From the NCBI GenBank assembly GCA_011109175.1, contig RDEW01000024.1, positions 241,199 to 305,198 on the forward strand: a stretch of DNA of 64,000 bases. The letters are read 5' to 3'. Both the position numbers and the translations under genes were made by a program. Below the pieces are notes generated by a model. The model worked only from the letters and a program-made list of their open reading frames with translations, did not search any database and was not told the origin of the DNA. The stretch is from Dicyema japonicum (lineage: Eukaryota > Animalia > Dicyemida). Below, piece after piece: positions 62,278 to 64,000 of this stretch (its first letter is position 1; every line of letters starts with the position of its first letter).

Positions 62278-62828
62278 CACTCAATCCCATAAATGATGTC
62301 CAAGTTATATATATATAAATAATACACAAGTAAATCTATATTTTAAAATTTTAATTTTATAGACCGTTATTATTTTTAGATGAAACCGGGTTTAATTTGC
62401 ATACATCAATTAATTATGGGTATTCCCAATTAGATTTCATCATTGTGATGAAATTAAAGATTTCTTTATTACGAATAGTGTTACAACATTTTATTTACCC
62501 CCATATTCAACTGACTTGAACCCTAATTGAAAACTTTTTTTCTTGTGTGAAATCTCGTCTGAATGTAATTAGACCAAGAGCAACTGTAAAAGAGAATTAG
62601 TAACAACTATCGGATTTGTTTTGAGTGGTCTCGAAACCGAGAATTTGTCCTCATATTACAGTTTTTGGGAAAGGGTAAATAGAATACAACAGTTTTTGGG
62701 AAAAGGTAAATGGAATTAATAACAGATTAATTGAATAAAATACTTTTTTCCTAAATTATTTATTAGTATAATATATATAACTTGGACATAATTTATGGGA
62801 ATTGGGTCAACATTTATGGGATTGAGTG
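62278..62828 (+). mobile_element. Internally deleted IS630/Tc1-mariner element
   Basis: TA-flanked TIRs CACTCAATCCCATAAAT...; LDETGFN and LPPYSTDLNPIENFF catalytic motifs. Confidence 0.9.
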
Positions 62829-64000
62829 TATTCAGAAGACACCCAATCCAGGAATAATTTCAAGAGTCGACATTTTCATACTACCAGAAGGCTATCAATG
62901 TTTTTTTATGAGAGTTCTACGGAACGAGTTTTGATCACGCAATTTGTTAGTGTGAATTTACTCTTAACTTTCATTTTATAGCATTATGTCTCTACCCATT
63001 TTTATGCAATTATATACTATAGAATGTTTAGTTTTGTCCACAAGTATATTTAATATCTTTATCGTCTCAATGCAGATAGAATGAGCAAACTTCGGTATTA
63101 CGAAGGCATATCTTATTAAAATCCACCAGTCAGAAATTAGTGGAATTTGGACAAGCCCCAGTGAGGAGATACGGAAATCATTACCTCCTGCTATTTTCAC
63201 AGCTCCTAACCATGATATGATTCTTCAAAAACCATCCTTACTGTCTTTTAGAAAATAATTACTCGACCTCTTATAAATGGTCCAAAAGACAGGGACTCTA
63301 TTTTTGACATTGGAAATTACATGAATTCCGCATTTTAGATTAATAATTTATGACCAGCTCTATGTCTGTATCGAAAATCATTAATTTCGAATACTACGTT
63401 TTATTAAATGCGTCGGATCCAGGAACGTACACTGAAAAAAGTAATGATGACTGATTAAGGAGTCCTAGTTAACATGATTGTTTACAACTTTTTTAATTTC
63501 CTCTCAAAAAAACATTTCGTTGCAGGGTATCCGTTTAATTCGTAATAGTAAGTTGATCTATATTTTAATTTTTGTTCAATTATGCACATTCATTATTTTT
63601 GTTGAATTACGTAAAATATTTCTTTACTTCCGTAGGATCTCTACAAAAACCAAATATTTCATACTTTTATAAGCTTTATGTAATGCAGATTTTTATGATA
63701 TTACTCTTTGAGCAACAATTCAATCTAGAATAGTTCCAATTATTGTTCTTAATGAGTGAGATGTTGATAATTGAATTGATTGCGTTCATAGAATTCACTC
63801 ATTCAAAAGAACTAATTATATAACATACGACGTCATAATTTTTGAAAAATATTTTACTAAAACATGCCAACTACCCCATATATAATCATCTGATAAATAG
63901 TGATAACAATATCTGAGAACAACCTAAATCTCTGAAAAGATTTCTCGATTTATTATTTGTTGTAGCATTTTTAAATTTCTTTTGAAAATTAAAATAATTC

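Overview
AT-rich eukaryotic nuclear DNA, not prokaryotic: no CRISPR array, operons or rRNA. It holds eight recognisable protein genes with animal-type sequences and mostly ultrashort 19-27 nt GT-AG introns: transportin-1, a secreted M12B metalloprotease, SIL1, a divergent NDUFA7, PPIL1, SCFD1/Sly1, CNEP1R1 and a cathepsin L-like protease. There is also a locally duplicated family of divergent RRM genes or pseudogenes. The pattern suggests a reduced parasitic metazoan such as a myxozoan, dicyemid or orthonectid (inference only). Most of the rest is transposon debris: Ingi/Vingi-like, RTE, CRE and R4-like non-LTR retroelements, Buster-type hATs, an IS630/Tc1 element and two short retroposon families (SINE-A, SINE-B). 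A ~46-copy 59-bp satellite grew out of an apparent coding exon. Single-base indels in conserved genes and in the satellite point to an imperfectly polished long-read assembly, so frameshifts should not be over-read. Best leads: (1) SINE-B has a covarying nested pseudoknot in HDV-like ribozyme order; (2) an 832-bp insert splits PPIL1 exactly between two codons with no GT-AG ends and no TSD; (3) a micro-exon-built Thr stalk on a prodomain-less metalloprotease; (4) stop-free 3n ultrashort introns; (5) a G/C strand skew that resets at AT-rich long introns. All alignments and folds were done by eye against remembered family consensus; no database search was run.
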